From the IMG/VR virus record IMGVR_UViG_3300028392_000038, positions 32,001-96,000 of that record: a stretch of DNA of 64,000 nt. One strand, written 5' to 3'. The translations under genes and the position numbers were made by a program. Positions 39,093 to 48,608 of the stretch are shown here, one piece after another. How positions within the stretch are numbered: the stretch's first letter is position 1; each line of letters opens with the position of its first letter. This DNA comes from a virus. The notes beneath the pieces are model-generated. The model made no database searches and was not told the origin of the DNA. It saw only the letters and a program-made list of their open reading frames with translations.

Positions 39093-39662
39093 ATGATTAA
39101 AAAATATAACGCTTTTGTTGAAGGTAAAGTAAATGAAGAGTTTGTAATGGCTGAGCCTAGACCAGGAACTACTGAAGTATCTCCAGGTACAATTGAAAAA
39201 CCAGGTACAATGCCTGAGCCTCCAACTCCTATCAGAAAAGATAGAACTTCTCCAGTTCCAGCACCTGCTAAAGCAGAACTTGAACCTAAGGAGGTAGAAG
39301 GAGGTGATGTTTATTCTGACAATTTAAATACTTTATCAGAATTATTACCAGGATCAACAGTGTCAAATAATTCAGTTATTTACAAAGCTGAAAATGGCGA
39401 AGAAAAAACAATACTATTTCCATCTGAGACATTTAATGACGAGACAGGTGAAGGTATATTTCATGTTGATAAAAAGAAGTTTAAAACCGCTCAAGAAGTT
39501 GCTGACTATTTATTAGCAAGTGAATCTACAGAAGAAATTTCAGACGAGCGAGAAGTGTCTGACCAACAGGCAGTTGAGGACTTAGAGATGACAATGCAAA
39601 AAGAATCTAAGAGTTACAAATCAACAAGAAAATTTGAAAGTTTTAAGAATAAAAAGAAATAA
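39093..39662 (+). CDS. Pro/Glu-rich hypothetical protein, possibly virion-internal
   Basis: Leader MIKKYNAFVEGKVNEE; C-terminal RKFESFKNKKK. Confidence 0.7.
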   Translation: MIKKYNAFVEGKVNEEFVMAEPRPGTTEVSPGTIEKPGTMPEPPTPIRKDRTSPVPAPAKAELEPKEVEGGDVYSDNLNTLSELLPGSTVSNNSVIYKAENGEEKTILFPSETFNDETGEGIFHVDKKKFKTAQEVADYLLASESTEEISDEREVSDQQAVEDLEMTMQKESKSYKSTRKFESFKNKKK

Positions 39663-39692
39663 AAAAAACCCACTCAATTGAGTGGGTTTTTT
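39661..39692. terminator. Bidirectional intrinsic terminator
   Basis: AAAAAACCCACTCAATTGAGTGGGTTTTTT. Confidence 0.9.
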
Positions 39693-39704
39693 AATTTAAG
39701 TAAA

Positions 39705-40022
39705 TTACTTATCAGTTGGTTCATCAGTAGTTGTTGTATTTCCAGCTTCTGCATTATGTTTAGCTACACTAACTTTACTTCCTGTAAAATTCTTATAACC
39801 AATTAGGGCGGCACCAATCATTGTAAAAGCAACAGCTTGATTAATTACATCCATACTTTTATCAATAAACATTCTGTCAATTACTCCAAGTAAAAAAGAT
39901 AGGCTACCAATAGTTACAATCATAAATCCAGATGTAGATGTTACTGATGTTTTTCCATCAGGATTAGAAGTCATTTCACCAAATGACCATTTTTTAATGT
40001 CTCCAATTTTAGGTAAATTCAT
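39705..40022 (-). CDS. Two-TM membrane protein, holin candidate
   Basis: DGKTS followed by two hydrophobic helices and a polar tail. Confidence 0.5.
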   Translation of the reverse strand: MNLPKIGDIKKWSFGEMTSNPDGKTSVTSTSGFMIVTIGSLSFLLGVIDRMFIDKSMDVINQAVAFTMIGAALIGYKNFTGSKVSVAKHNAEAGNTTTTDEPTDK

Positions 40023-40102
40023 AGTAATATTATTATTTTTTATAAGATATATATAATTTTAGGAAAGTAACATTTTTCAATATATAACTTATTGAAAAAA
40101 TT

Positions 40103-40576
40103 ATGAGATTAATAAGAATACTAAAATTTCTATATACATCAGAACATCCACACTTCTTATCAGTAGATAAAGACTTTTACTCCAGGTGGAAATTGATTAT
40201 CAGAGGAACAGTAACACTAAATAAAAATTATAAATCATGTGAGATTTATAGAAAGAAATACAAAATGATGGAAGATTTTGTAGTTATTGGACTTAAATAC
40301 AATGGTAAAAATGTTAAAAGAAGAACTAGCGGATACGCTAAAGAATTTATAGAACAACACAAAGACGCGAAATGTCTTTACTGTGAAACTAAACTAAATG
40401 ATAGAAATGCTACAGCAGACCATATAGTTCCAATATCTGATGGTGGTAATAACTGTCAAGTTAACTTAATAGTTTGTTGTAAGGATTGTAATAATGAAAG
40501 AGGTAATATAGAATTCAAAACTTATATTTCAATGAAAAATAAGAAATATAAAAATATAAATAAATTGTTTATTTAA
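40103..40576 (+). CDS. HNH endonuclease
   Basis: CLYC..TADHIVPIS.GG.N...NL..CC..CN..RG. Confidence 0.88.
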   Translation: MRLIRILKFLYTSEHPHFLSVDKDFYSRWKLIIRGTVTLNKNYKSCEIYRKKYKMMEDFVVIGLKYNGKNVKRRTSGYAKEFIEQHKDAKCLYCETKLNDRNATADHIVPISDGGNNCQVNLIVCCKDCNNERGNIEFKTYISMKNKKYKNINKLFI

Positions 40577-40771
40577 TTATCTCCAAGTAAGATGTTTATA
40601 CTTATCTCTAAATGTATCTGAAGTAGTTACTGAGGTTAGGTTTTTATATTCCTTTTCAGAATAAATTCTATTAGCACCTTTTAATTTATAGTAGATTCTA
40701 CCATTTGATCCTTCTCGGTATAACCAACGACCATCTATATTTGTCCAACCTGTATCTGGTAAAATTATCAT
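40577..40771 (-). CDS. Small hypothetical protein
   Basis: TAATATATA 4 nt before ATG. Confidence 0.6.
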   Translation of the reverse strand: MIILPDTGWTNIDGRWLYREGSNGRIYYKLKGANRIYSEKEYKNLTSVTTSDTFRDKYKHLTWR

Positions 40772-40791
40772 AATCTATATATTAATATAAA

Positions 40792-41982
40792 TTAAAGATT
40801 TTTTATAGAATCAAACTTTTTATTATAATCAGCAACTTCTACATCTCTTTTCTTTCTCCTGAACTTTGGAATCCATTTGATGTCTAATACATCTTTACTA
40901 AAAAAGTCTTCCAGATTCAATTTCTTATAGGGATCCGGTACTAATTCAGCTAGCTTATTAATATCTTTTACTTTACTTATTCTATGTAATAATCTAAAAG
41001 GATCTTCTACATTCTTTTTATCAACTATATCTTCAAATAACTTTTTCCACAAAAATACAGAGAATCCCTCCTTTACCTTTTCTTCAGACTTTTTATAACC
41101 AGCTTCATCATTATCAAAGAAGTATTGAATATCTAAATTATTATCTTCTAAGAATCTATAATCAGTATTCACACCAACCAATCCAATTGAATTAGGAAAG
41201 AATAAAGAATCTAAATATCCTTCAAATACAGTTATTTTTTCTCCTAAATCAACATTTAAAATGTTAAAGTAGTAAGATAATTTATTATAAATAACCAATT
41301 CAGTAATATCTTGTTCTGGTAAGTCTTTACCAAGACTTACCCATTCAAGTAGATTCTCATAGTTATAAATTTTGAAACTACGGCGCTTACCTTCTTTTAG
41401 ATTACGTGTTTGCATTCCTAAAACTTTATTACCTCTTCTGTTTAATGAAACTATAATCCATTCAGATTCATCTTCATTTTTCCAATACTTAGCTTGATAA
41501 ATATTTGTATGATATTCAGGTGGTATTCCTCTACCAACTAAATACTTATAAACTCCACCATTAACTTGAATAGGTTTGAAATCAGATATAGGTGTTAAAT
41601 CAGCACTAAAAACCCTTTCAAGTTCTGTTAAATCAATTAAATTTTCAAACTTAGCATCAACAAAATCACCTTCATAATCAGAATAAGTCATAACACTATT
41701 TAAGTGTTCAATCATTTCTAATTTTTTATCAGGATCTAATTGTTCATTGAAATCCTTACACATTCTATCAAATGTAGTTTTCTTATCACAGTTGAAACAA
41801 ATAAAGATTAAACGGTTATAGTAAAAGTTACCTCTCTTTTTGTGTTCAGATTTCCCATCACCACAATACGGACAGCATATATTTAAACGATCCGAGTAAG
41901 AAACTATCTTCCTTCTATGATTGGAAGTAAACTCCTTATTAAGGATTTTTTGAAATATGTCATTTATGTAATTCTTATCCAT
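40792..41982 (-). CDS. DNA primase (gp61-like)
   Basis: CPYCGD..CFNC Zn finger; TOPRIM VFEGYLDSLF..FFDNDEAG..KDIN; start moved to ATG 41982. Confidence 0.88.
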   Translation of the reverse strand: MDKNYINDIFQKILNKEFTSNHRRKIVSYSDRLNICCPYCGDGKSEHKKRGNFYYNRLIFICFNCDKKTTFDRMCKDFNEQLDPDKKLEMIEHLNSVMTYSDYEGDFVDAKFENLIDLTELERVFSADLTPISDFKPIQVNGGVYKYLVGRGIPPEYHTNIYQAKYWKNEDESEWIIVSLNRRGNKVLGMQTRNLKEGKRRSFKIYNYENLLEWVSLGKDLPEQDITELVIYNKLSYYFNILNVDLGEKITVFEGYLDSLFFPNSIGLVGVNTDYRFLEDNNLDIQYFFDNDEAGYKKSEEKVKEGFSVFLWKKLFEDIVDKKNVEDPFRLLHRISKVKDINKLAELVPDPYKKLNLEDFFSKDVLDIKWIPKFRRKKRDVEVADYNKKFDSIKNL

Positions 41983-42041
41983 TTGTGTTTTTTCTAACAA
42001 TAAGGGCAATCAATTTTAATATATATTATAAAATAGATATA

Positions 42042-42953
42042 ATGTTTATGTATTTATCATTTAATGATGCTAGAATAATTGTAAGAGAACAGAGGTTAAG
42101 AAATACAATCGACTGGTATAATTGGATAAAGGGTAAGTCTGATATTTATAATATACCATCCAATCCAAATAAAACATATTCTAAAGAATGGGTTTCATTA
42201 TCAGACTGGTTAGGATCTGATAATGAATCATTTAATAATAGAGTGTATTATGATTATGAATACTGTAAGATTTTTGTTAAAAAATTAAATTTTAATAATA
42301 GAAAGGAATTTTACGAATTTGCTAAGAATAACCTTGATAAAAAAATTCCAAATAGACCAGACCATGTATATAAAAAACAAAATAAATGGGAAGGTTGGCA
42401 GAAGTTCCTATCTATTGAAAAAACACCACCTATACACAAGTGTAATTTATTTTTAACATATGAAGAGGCTAAAAAATTTATAAGTGATATAAAATTCACA
42501 CAACAATCCGAGTATATAAATTACATAGAGAATAATAATATAGAGTTTTTGCCAAAAAGACCAGACTATGTTTATAGAAATAATTGGATTGGATATTTAG
42601 ATTTTTTAGGATGTGAGACTAATAGAAAATCCTTTGGTGAAAAAAAAATAAAAGAATTTTTAGATCAAAATTCAATCAATTATATAAGAGAAAAGAAATT
42701 TGAAACTTGTAAAAACATCAAAGAGTTACCATTTGATTTTTATTTACCTGATTATAAAATATGTATAGAATATGATGGAGAATTACATTATAGATCATCT
42801 AAAATATTTGGTGGTGAATCAACATTAAAAAGAATCAAAAAAAATGATGATATAAAAAGCAAATGGTGTTCGGAAAATAATATTAAATTATTAAGAATAC
42901 CATATAAAAAGAAAAATAAAATATTTAAAATACTAATTTCGGAAATTATTTAG
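42042..42953 (+). CDS. Putative homing endonuclease (integrase-repeat-like modules plus Vsr-like domain)
   Basis: 3x Y.EA/C..F..(I/L)P..P..Y..W..W..FL; LPFDFYLP..CIEYDG..H..LLRIPY. Confidence 0.78.
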   Translation: MFMYLSFNDARIIVREQRLRNTIDWYNWIKGKSDIYNIPSNPNKTYSKEWVSLSDWLGSDNESFNNRVYYDYEYCKIFVKKLNFNNRKEFYEFAKNNLDKKIPNRPDHVYKKQNKWEGWQKFLSIEKTPPIHKCNLFLTYEEAKKFISDIKFTQQSEYINYIENNNIEFLPKRPDYVYRNNWIGYLDFLGCETNRKSFGEKKIKEFLDQNSINYIREKKFETCKNIKELPFDFYLPDYKICIEYDGELHYRSSKIFGGESTLKRIKKNDDIKSKWCSENNIKLLRIPYKKKNKIFKILISEII

Positions 42954-42963
42954 TATATTTGTA
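42954..42963 (+). promoter_or_regulatory. Bacteroidota-type -7 promoter TATATTTGTA
   Basis: Directly before ATG 42966. Confidence 0.7.
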
Positions 42964-42965
42964 TT

Positions 42966-43208
42966 ATGAATTTAAAAGAAGTGCACGAAAGTAAAAGAGA
43001 TGTTAGAGATTCTGATATTCCAAATGAATGGAAAGAAAGTTTTAATCAATTTATGATGGGTCAGACCTGTCAAGCAGAAACTAATGAAGATGGTTCTATA
43101 AAAGAATTCATTTACTACTTTCACGACTTCAGTAGATGGTATTATATGAATCAGAAGGTAATTGAAAGAGATATTAAAATCAATGATGTGTTAAAAAGTA
43201 AGAAATAA
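42966..43208 (+). CDS. Hypothetical protein
   Basis: C-terminal ERDIKINDVLK. Confidence 0.65.
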   Translation: MNLKEVHESKRDVRDSDIPNEWKESFNQFMMGQTCQAETNEDGSIKEFIYYFHDFSRWYYMNQKVIERDIKINDVLKSKK

Positions 43209-45080
43209 ATATCTCTTATAAACATCAGTACCAAATAATTCATAATCAAATGTATTACATATTTTTGATATGATTTTAATTATTCTTGTATCTGTTCCAA
43301 ACCAGATATGGTATTTTTTTTGTAATTCTTCATCTATTTTGTCACCGCTAACGCAAAATGTTTTTATATTATCTTTGAATCCACTAAGAGCTAAACCTGA
43401 TACATTATAGTTAGGATTGAATCCATTTTTCTGCGTCATCCAAGCAAAAAGAGCAGGTATGATATCTTCAGCTACCGGTATATTATCTTTACTCAATCCC
43501 CAATAAACACCTCTTAATTGTTTTCTAAACATATCATTAGATTCTATTTCTCTTATAACATCTTCTTTATTGAATTTACCTTCTCTATTAATTGTTCTTA
43601 CTTGTTCTACAACAATAGGTCTTACTATAATTCTGTAGTCTAAACCTCTTTTTTCTTTATCAATTAGTTCTTCTTCTAATTTATCATAAAGTTTATCATG
43701 ATTATCATCATCATATAAAAAAGTATACTCGTTTGTATATGGATCTTTTATATACTTTTTTCTACTATAATACTTACCATCTATTTCAATGTAAAGATCT
43801 TTTCTATCTTTTACACAATAATCAACACCATCGGTAGATATCCTGACTCTAATAACTGATTCATCTTTGGGATATAACCAATCACCTAACATCTCTGAAT
43901 AAATAACATCTACAGAGAAAAACCATTCATTATGATATTGCGATTGAACAACATCATCGGTTGGAGCAGCATACTCATCTTTATATTCTAAGTATTTAGC
44001 ATCATCTCTATATAGAAAGTCATTTACATTTTCACAATAAACAGCACTATTTTTTGATATATATTCACTATACCATTCTGACCAAACAACATTATCTGAT
44101 ATATAACCACCGTCAGTTTCTTGAATTTTAATATAACCACCTTCCGGCCAAAGAGATTCATCATTACATAGGAGTAGACTTTCATTATTATAACAAATAA
44201 ATGTATCCATATAAGGATAATATTCAAAATCATTATTATCTAATTTAACATACATAATCCAATCTGTTTTAGATTGACCATAATATCTCATTCCTTTTTT
44301 ATCAGCCCACTCTTGAAATAATATTTTATCAGAATCATTATTTGTATAAATTCTATCCATGTAGTAATCTTCTTTACAAAATTGTCTACCTTCTTTATGA
44401 TGATATAGTTTCCAAATAAGAGCTCTTCCAGTTATCTTATCATCGTCACCTTTTAGAATTAGTATTTGACAAACTTTAGGATTTTTAACATAGATATCTA
44501 AATAGTTTTGACAGCTTTTATATCTCATACAAGAAGCACCTAACTGGCCTTTTCTATTTTCATAATTATCTTCTAAATACCAGTGTCTAATATCTTCACC
44601 AGATAATAATTGTAAATTAGAATTATCTTCATCTTTACTATCAAATGTTGCTTTATATAAATTAACAAATTTTTCAATGTCTGAATCTGGAATAGATTTA
44701 CCAGCTTCTGAGAATGTTCTTCTAGACCATCTACCAACATTCATTTCAGTTCTAGATTCATTCCAGAACTCAGATCCATCCATTTTTATATAAGCACCTT
44801 TTGTAAATAACTCTTTATCAATATCCATTTCAGGATATTTTCTCAATATTCTATTTACCTGAACAAATGAAATAGTATCATTCTTATCAGTTATGTCTAT
44901 TAATGTATATTGTGTAAGAACTTGATTGGATCTTTCAGCTTGTAGAAGTAATTTAGCAACTTCTGATCTATTTTCTATTTTTTTAAGTAAACTTCTGAAT
45001 TTTTCAGAATAATATAATTGAGAGGTATTACTTTTAACAGTCTCTAAAATATAGTCTAAATAATCTGATAAATATCTCAT
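43191..45080 (-). CDS. Conserved phage protein, paralog of 28224-29366
   Basis: GQLGASCM, GRALIWK, YMDRIY, YPYMDT; start moved to ATG 45080 (MRYLSDYLDYILE). Confidence 0.75.
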   Translation of the reverse strand: MRYLSDYLDYILETVKSNTSQLYYSEKFRSLLKKIENRSEVAKLLLQAERSNQVLTQYTLIDITDKNDTISFVQVNRILRKYPEMDIDKELFTKGAYIKMDGSEFWNESRTEMNVGRWSRRTFSEAGKSIPDSDIEKFVNLYKATFDSKDEDNSNLQLLSGEDIRHWYLEDNYENRKGQLGASCMRYKSCQNYLDIYVKNPKVCQILILKGDDDKITGRALIWKLYHHKEGRQFCKEDYYMDRIYTNNDSDKILFQEWADKKGMRYYGQSKTDWIMYVKLDNNDFEYYPYMDTFICYNNESLLLCNDESLWPEGGYIKIQETDGGYISDNVVWSEWYSEYISKNSAVYCENVNDFLYRDDAKYLEYKDEYAAPTDDVVQSQYHNEWFFSVDVIYSEMLGDWLYPKDESVIRVRISTDGVDYCVKDRKDLYIEIDGKYYSRKKYIKDPYTNEYTFLYDDDNHDKLYDKLEEELIDKEKRGLDYRIIVRPIVVEQVRTINREGKFNKEDVIREIESNDMFRKQLRGVYWGLSKDNIPVAEDIIPALFAWMTQKNGFNPNYNVSGLALSGFKDNIKTFCVSGDKIDEELQKKYHIWFGTDTRIIKIISKICNTFDYELFGTDVYKRYLFLTF

Positions 45081-45101
45081 AAAAGTATATATAAAAAAAT
45101 C

Positions 45102-45308
45102 ATGGAAGAAATGCAAGCATTTGATAAAAAAATTAAAATAGTAAAGTGTAGCTATGATACATTTTGGTATAAAGACCTAGTGGGTCAAACTTTAACATTT
45201 GAGGATTATTCACCAAGAGATTATTATGTTAGAATGAATGATGGTATACTGCGTAGTATATTAGTAAATGATGTAGAATTTGTAGATAAAAAAAGTCCTC
45301 TTATTTAG
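45102..45308 (+). CDS. Small hypothetical protein
   Basis: IKIVKC..FWYKD.VG SH3-like pattern. Confidence 0.6.
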   Translation: MEEMQAFDKKIKIVKCSYDTFWYKDLVGQTLTFEDYSPRDYYVRMNDGILRSILVNDVEFVDKKSPLI

Positions 45309-45318
45309 AGGACTTTTT
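45290..45318. terminator. Bidirectional intrinsic terminator
   Basis: AAAAAGTCCTCT-loop-AGAGGACTTTTT. Confidence 0.85.
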
Positions 45319-46429
45319 ATTTAATCTTTTTTTTACGATTCTTAAAAATTTCTTTTGTTGTTTTTGTTAAAAATCTTGTTTGAGCTTTTAATCTATCTCT
45401 AAAAGGATTATTCTCAGAACCTCCTTGTAGAGTGTTACTAGAAAGTTCTCCTGTTGCTAGTGTGTTAAAATTAGTAAAAGGCATAATTGAAGATGACATT
45501 GGATCACCTGCTCCTCCACCAAAATTAGATTGAGTTTCTACAACTGTATTAGTTGAATTTAATTCAGTATTTAAATCTGAAGGAAATGTTCTAACTTTTT
45601 TAGTTATATTTAAAGGATCCTTAGTACCCTTAACAACAACCTCCTTAATATTAGGAAACCTTTCATTGTGTAGGTTATCAACTAAGTCTTCAATGTGTTT
45701 AACATTTTTTAAATCATCATCTGAAAAACCTATTTTAGCATTCATTCCTAATGATCCAGCAAAATTATTAATCTTATCATTGAACTCTAAAAGAACTTCT
45801 TCTTTAGCTTTTTCAGGATTTGAAGGAGATCCACCTCTTGAAGGAGAAGAAACACCAACAAAATCACATGTGTCTAAATACATTTTAACCAATTCGTTTT
45901 TTGATGGTTGACCTCTAAGTATTCTTTCTTGTGTTATATCTTGTTTAAATAAGTAAGCAAATTTCAAAAGATTATTATACATAGAATATAATTGATCCTC
46001 TGTTAAAATATTATCAATTATCCAATCAATACCTAACCTCATTCCTTCTGATTCATGTCCTCTTGCCGTTATAATAGCAAATACCGATCCATTTGAAAGA
46101 CATTCAATAAAATCATTCCAAGCTGGTCCAAATCTTTTCATAGATATTGATTTTTTAACATCATCTAAAAAAGCATTTATACCTTTGGGTCCATCATCTC
46201 TAAAATCAGAGAAAGCATCTTCTTGTGTTCTCCAATTTTCTTTGTCTCCTCTGACTTCCGCAAACTCAGCCGTAGAAACATCAGTTGGTATCCACTCACC
46301 ATCTACTTTTTTATCCATGTGTATGACAGTAGTCATATTAAGAATATTATCATCCCAATCAAAGGCATAATAAAGTAAATAGTCAGAATCTTTATTTTCT
46401 GAGATGTATTGATTAAATCTTTTAATCAT
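45317..46429 (-). CDS. HAD-superfamily hydrolase-like protein
   Basis: AFDWDDNI (motif I), IITARGH (II), K (III), GFSDDD (IV). Confidence 0.75.
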   Translation of the reverse strand: MIKRFNQYISENKDSDYLLYYAFDWDDNILNMTTVIHMDKKVDGEWIPTDVSTAEFAEVRGDKENWRTQEDAFSDFRDDGPKGINAFLDDVKKSISMKRFGPAWNDFIECLSNGSVFAIITARGHESEGMRLGIDWIIDNILTEDQLYSMYNNLLKFAYLFKQDITQERILRGQPSKNELVKMYLDTCDFVGVSSPSRGGSPSNPEKAKEEVLLEFNDKINNFAGSLGMNAKIGFSDDDLKNVKHIEDLVDNLHNERFPNIKEVVVKGTKDPLNITKKVRTFPSDLNTELNSTNTVVETQSNFGGGAGDPMSSSIMPFTNFNTLATGELSSNTLQGGSENNPFRDRLKAQTRFLTKTTKEIFKNRKKKIK

Positions 46430-46435
46430 ATAAAA

Positions 46436-46807
46436 TTATTTCTTTTTATTTAAAAAAGATTCGAAAGTCTTTAATGATTCCATTTTTTCTTCCTCTTCTT
46501 CGTCTTGAGATTCTTCTTCGTCTTGAGATTCTTCTTCGTCTTGAGATTCTTCTTCGTCTTGTAACTCATCTTCTAAGTCTTCAGATCCTTCTTCACCACC
46601 AAAATCTTCTTCTTCACCACCAAAATCACCGAATGATTTTACTTCTTCTCCGCCTTCTTCGGTTTCAGTTTCTTCAGCTCCTTGAGCATCAGTTTCAAGA
46701 GAAAATTCTTCAACAGTCTCACCGTCTTTCATAGCAGTAACTGATAACATACCAGCTGTCTCTTCAATAACGATTTCGTAACCGTTCATTTCTATTGTAG
46801 TTTTCAT
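46436..46807 (-). CDS. Highly acidic small protein (scaffold/internal-like)
   Basis: Start moved to ATG 46807; E/D-rich; C-terminal LKTFESFLNKKK. Confidence 0.7.
   Translation of the reverse strand: MKTTIEMNGYEIVIEETAGMLSVTAMKDGETVEEFSLETDAQGAEETETEEGGEEVKSFGDFGGEEEDFGGEEGSEDLEDELQDEEESQDEEESQDEEESQDEEEEEKMESLKTFESFLNKKK
46494..46561. repeat. 18-bp tandem repeat x3.8 (QDEEES)
   Basis: TCTTCTTCGTCTTGAGAT units. Confidence 0.9.
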
Positions 46808-46926
46808 ATAAATAGTTATTTTTTTGTATATATTAATTATCAAATATTAAAATTCGACAGTACTAATATCTTTTATATATTAAACTTTTACTCCTATTAT
46901 TTATAAAAAACAAAAACAATCAAAGA

Positions 46927-47604
46927 ATGAACGATTTTAGAAAATTTGCAAATGATAAAATGGTGAGCACCACTTACCTTAATGACTACTTTAAAAAACT
47001 AAATATAAGAAATAACACAACTCAATTAATTGAAAGTAACGGAATGTCTGTAGATATATTCTCAAAGCTTCTGGATGATAGAATAATATTTCTATGTACT
47101 GAAATAGATTCAGATATATGTAATATCATTAAAGCTCAGTTAATGTATCTTGAGACACAAAATGATGATGATATTAAAATCTATATTGATTCTCCTGGTG
47201 GATCTGTTTATAGTGGATTAGGTTTATTAGATGTTATGGATTATGTTAGTCCAGATATCATTACAGTCAATACGGGACTAGCTGCGTCAATGGCAGCAGT
47301 TATATTATGTTCTGGTTCAAAAGGTAAAAGAAGAGCTCTTAGAAGAAGTAGAACAATGATTCACCAGCCGATGACTGGATTTGGATCTTATGCTCAAGCA
47401 ACTGATATAGAAATTGAATCAAGAGAGATTAACTCTCTAAAAAGAGAACTTTATGAAATTATATCAGAGAAGACCGGACAAAACTACGATAAGGTATTTA
47501 AGGATGGTGATAGAGACTATTGGATGTCCGCCCAAGATGCTAAGAAATATGGAATGGTTGATGAGATAATACAAAAGAGAGATAGTAAAAAGACCAAAAA
47601 ATAA
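46927..47604 (+). CDS. clpP: ATP-dependent Clp protease proteolytic subunit
   Basis: DIFSKLL.DRIIFL, YIDSPGGSV, GLAASMAA (Ser), MIHQP (His), DRDYWM (Asp). Confidence 0.95.
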   Translation: MNDFRKFANDKMVSTTYLNDYFKKLNIRNNTTQLIESNGMSVDIFSKLLDDRIIFLCTEIDSDICNIIKAQLMYLETQNDDDIKIYIDSPGGSVYSGLGLLDVMDYVSPDIITVNTGLAASMAAVILCSGSKGKRRALRRSRTMIHQPMTGFGSYAQATDIEIESREINSLKRELYEIISEKTGQNYDKVFKDGDRDYWMSAQDAKKYGMVDEIIQKRDSKKTKK

Positions 47605-47646
47605 ATCACATATCCAAGGGGTTGATGTATATTTTATATATACAAT

Positions 47647-48603
47647 ATGGAAAATTATATAAACGATGATGAGAAGGAGTATAACTCTTTTATCTATCAA
47701 TGGGAAGATATTAAATTGAATAAATTTTATATTGGGTCACATTATGGTAGTATTAATGATGGTTATCTATTTGGTGGTATAGACATCAAAAAGGAGTATA
47801 AAGAGAGACCAAATGATTTTAAAAGGAAAATATTATCATATCATTTGGTTTCTGAATATTTGGAGATAAGAAAAATAGAAAAAGAATATCTTATAAAAAA
47901 TGACGTTGAAAATAATGATTTTTTTTATAATAGAACTAATGAATCATATGGTGGGTATCATAAAAAATCTGTTGAAAGGAGACTAAATGATATTGATGAA
48001 AATGGCTTAAATCATTTTCAGAGATCTGCCTTAAAAATGGTCAAGACTAGAAAAGAAAACGGTAGCTATAAGACGTCAAAAATAAAGGAGTATATTACTA
48101 AGAATGATATAATGTCTGATATAAAAAATAAAATATCAAAAACTTTGATGGGTAGAAAGTGGGTCAATAAAGATGGAGAAATAAGATATATTAGAGAAGA
48201 AGAATTCTTAACATATCTAAAAGATGGATGGAGTGATGGATTGAAATATAATATATCATATGATGAATGTAAAAAAATAGCAATTGATAATAATATAAAA
48301 TCAGCATCAGAATGGTATAAATACTCAAGTGAAGTAGATTTACCGACACATCCAGAAAGAAGGTATAAAGAATGGATAAGTTGGAATAGTTTTCTTGATA
48401 AGAAAATTATAAATTATATATCATATGATGAGTGTAAAAAAATAGCAATTGATAATAATATAAAATCAGCATCTGAGTGGAAAAAATTAACAAAGTATAT
48501 AAAGAATATACCATCTAATCCAAGTAGAAAATATAAAGAATGGATAAATTGGTATAGATTCTTAGATAAAGAACATTTTGATATTTCTATTTCTCTTCTT
48601 TAA
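47647..48603 (+). CDS. GIY-YIG (Seg-like) homing endonuclease with integrase-repeat-like C-terminal modules
   Basis: FIYQW..KFYIGSH.G..DGY..E..FYN; two SYDECKKIAIDNNIKSASEW..P..P..YKEWI.W..FL repeats. Confidence 0.78.
   Translation: MENYINDDEKEYNSFIYQWEDIKLNKFYIGSHYGSINDGYLFGGIDIKKEYKERPNDFKRKILSYHLVSEYLEIRKIEKEYLIKNDVENNDFFYNRTNESYGGYHKKSVERRLNDIDENGLNHFQRSALKMVKTRKENGSYKTSKIKEYITKNDIMSDIKNKISKTLMGRKWVNKDGEIRYIREEEFLTYLKDGWSDGLKYNISYDECKKIAIDNNIKSASEWYKYSSEVDLPTHPERRYKEWISWNSFLDKKIINYISYDECKKIAIDNNIKSASEWKKLTKYIKNIPSNPSRKYKEWINWYRFLDKEHFDISISLL
48253..48480 (+). repeat. 63-bp near-identical direct repeat (48253-48315, 48418-48480)
   Basis: Internal domain duplication with 165-bp period. 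Confidence 0.9.
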
Positions 48604-48608
48604 GACAC

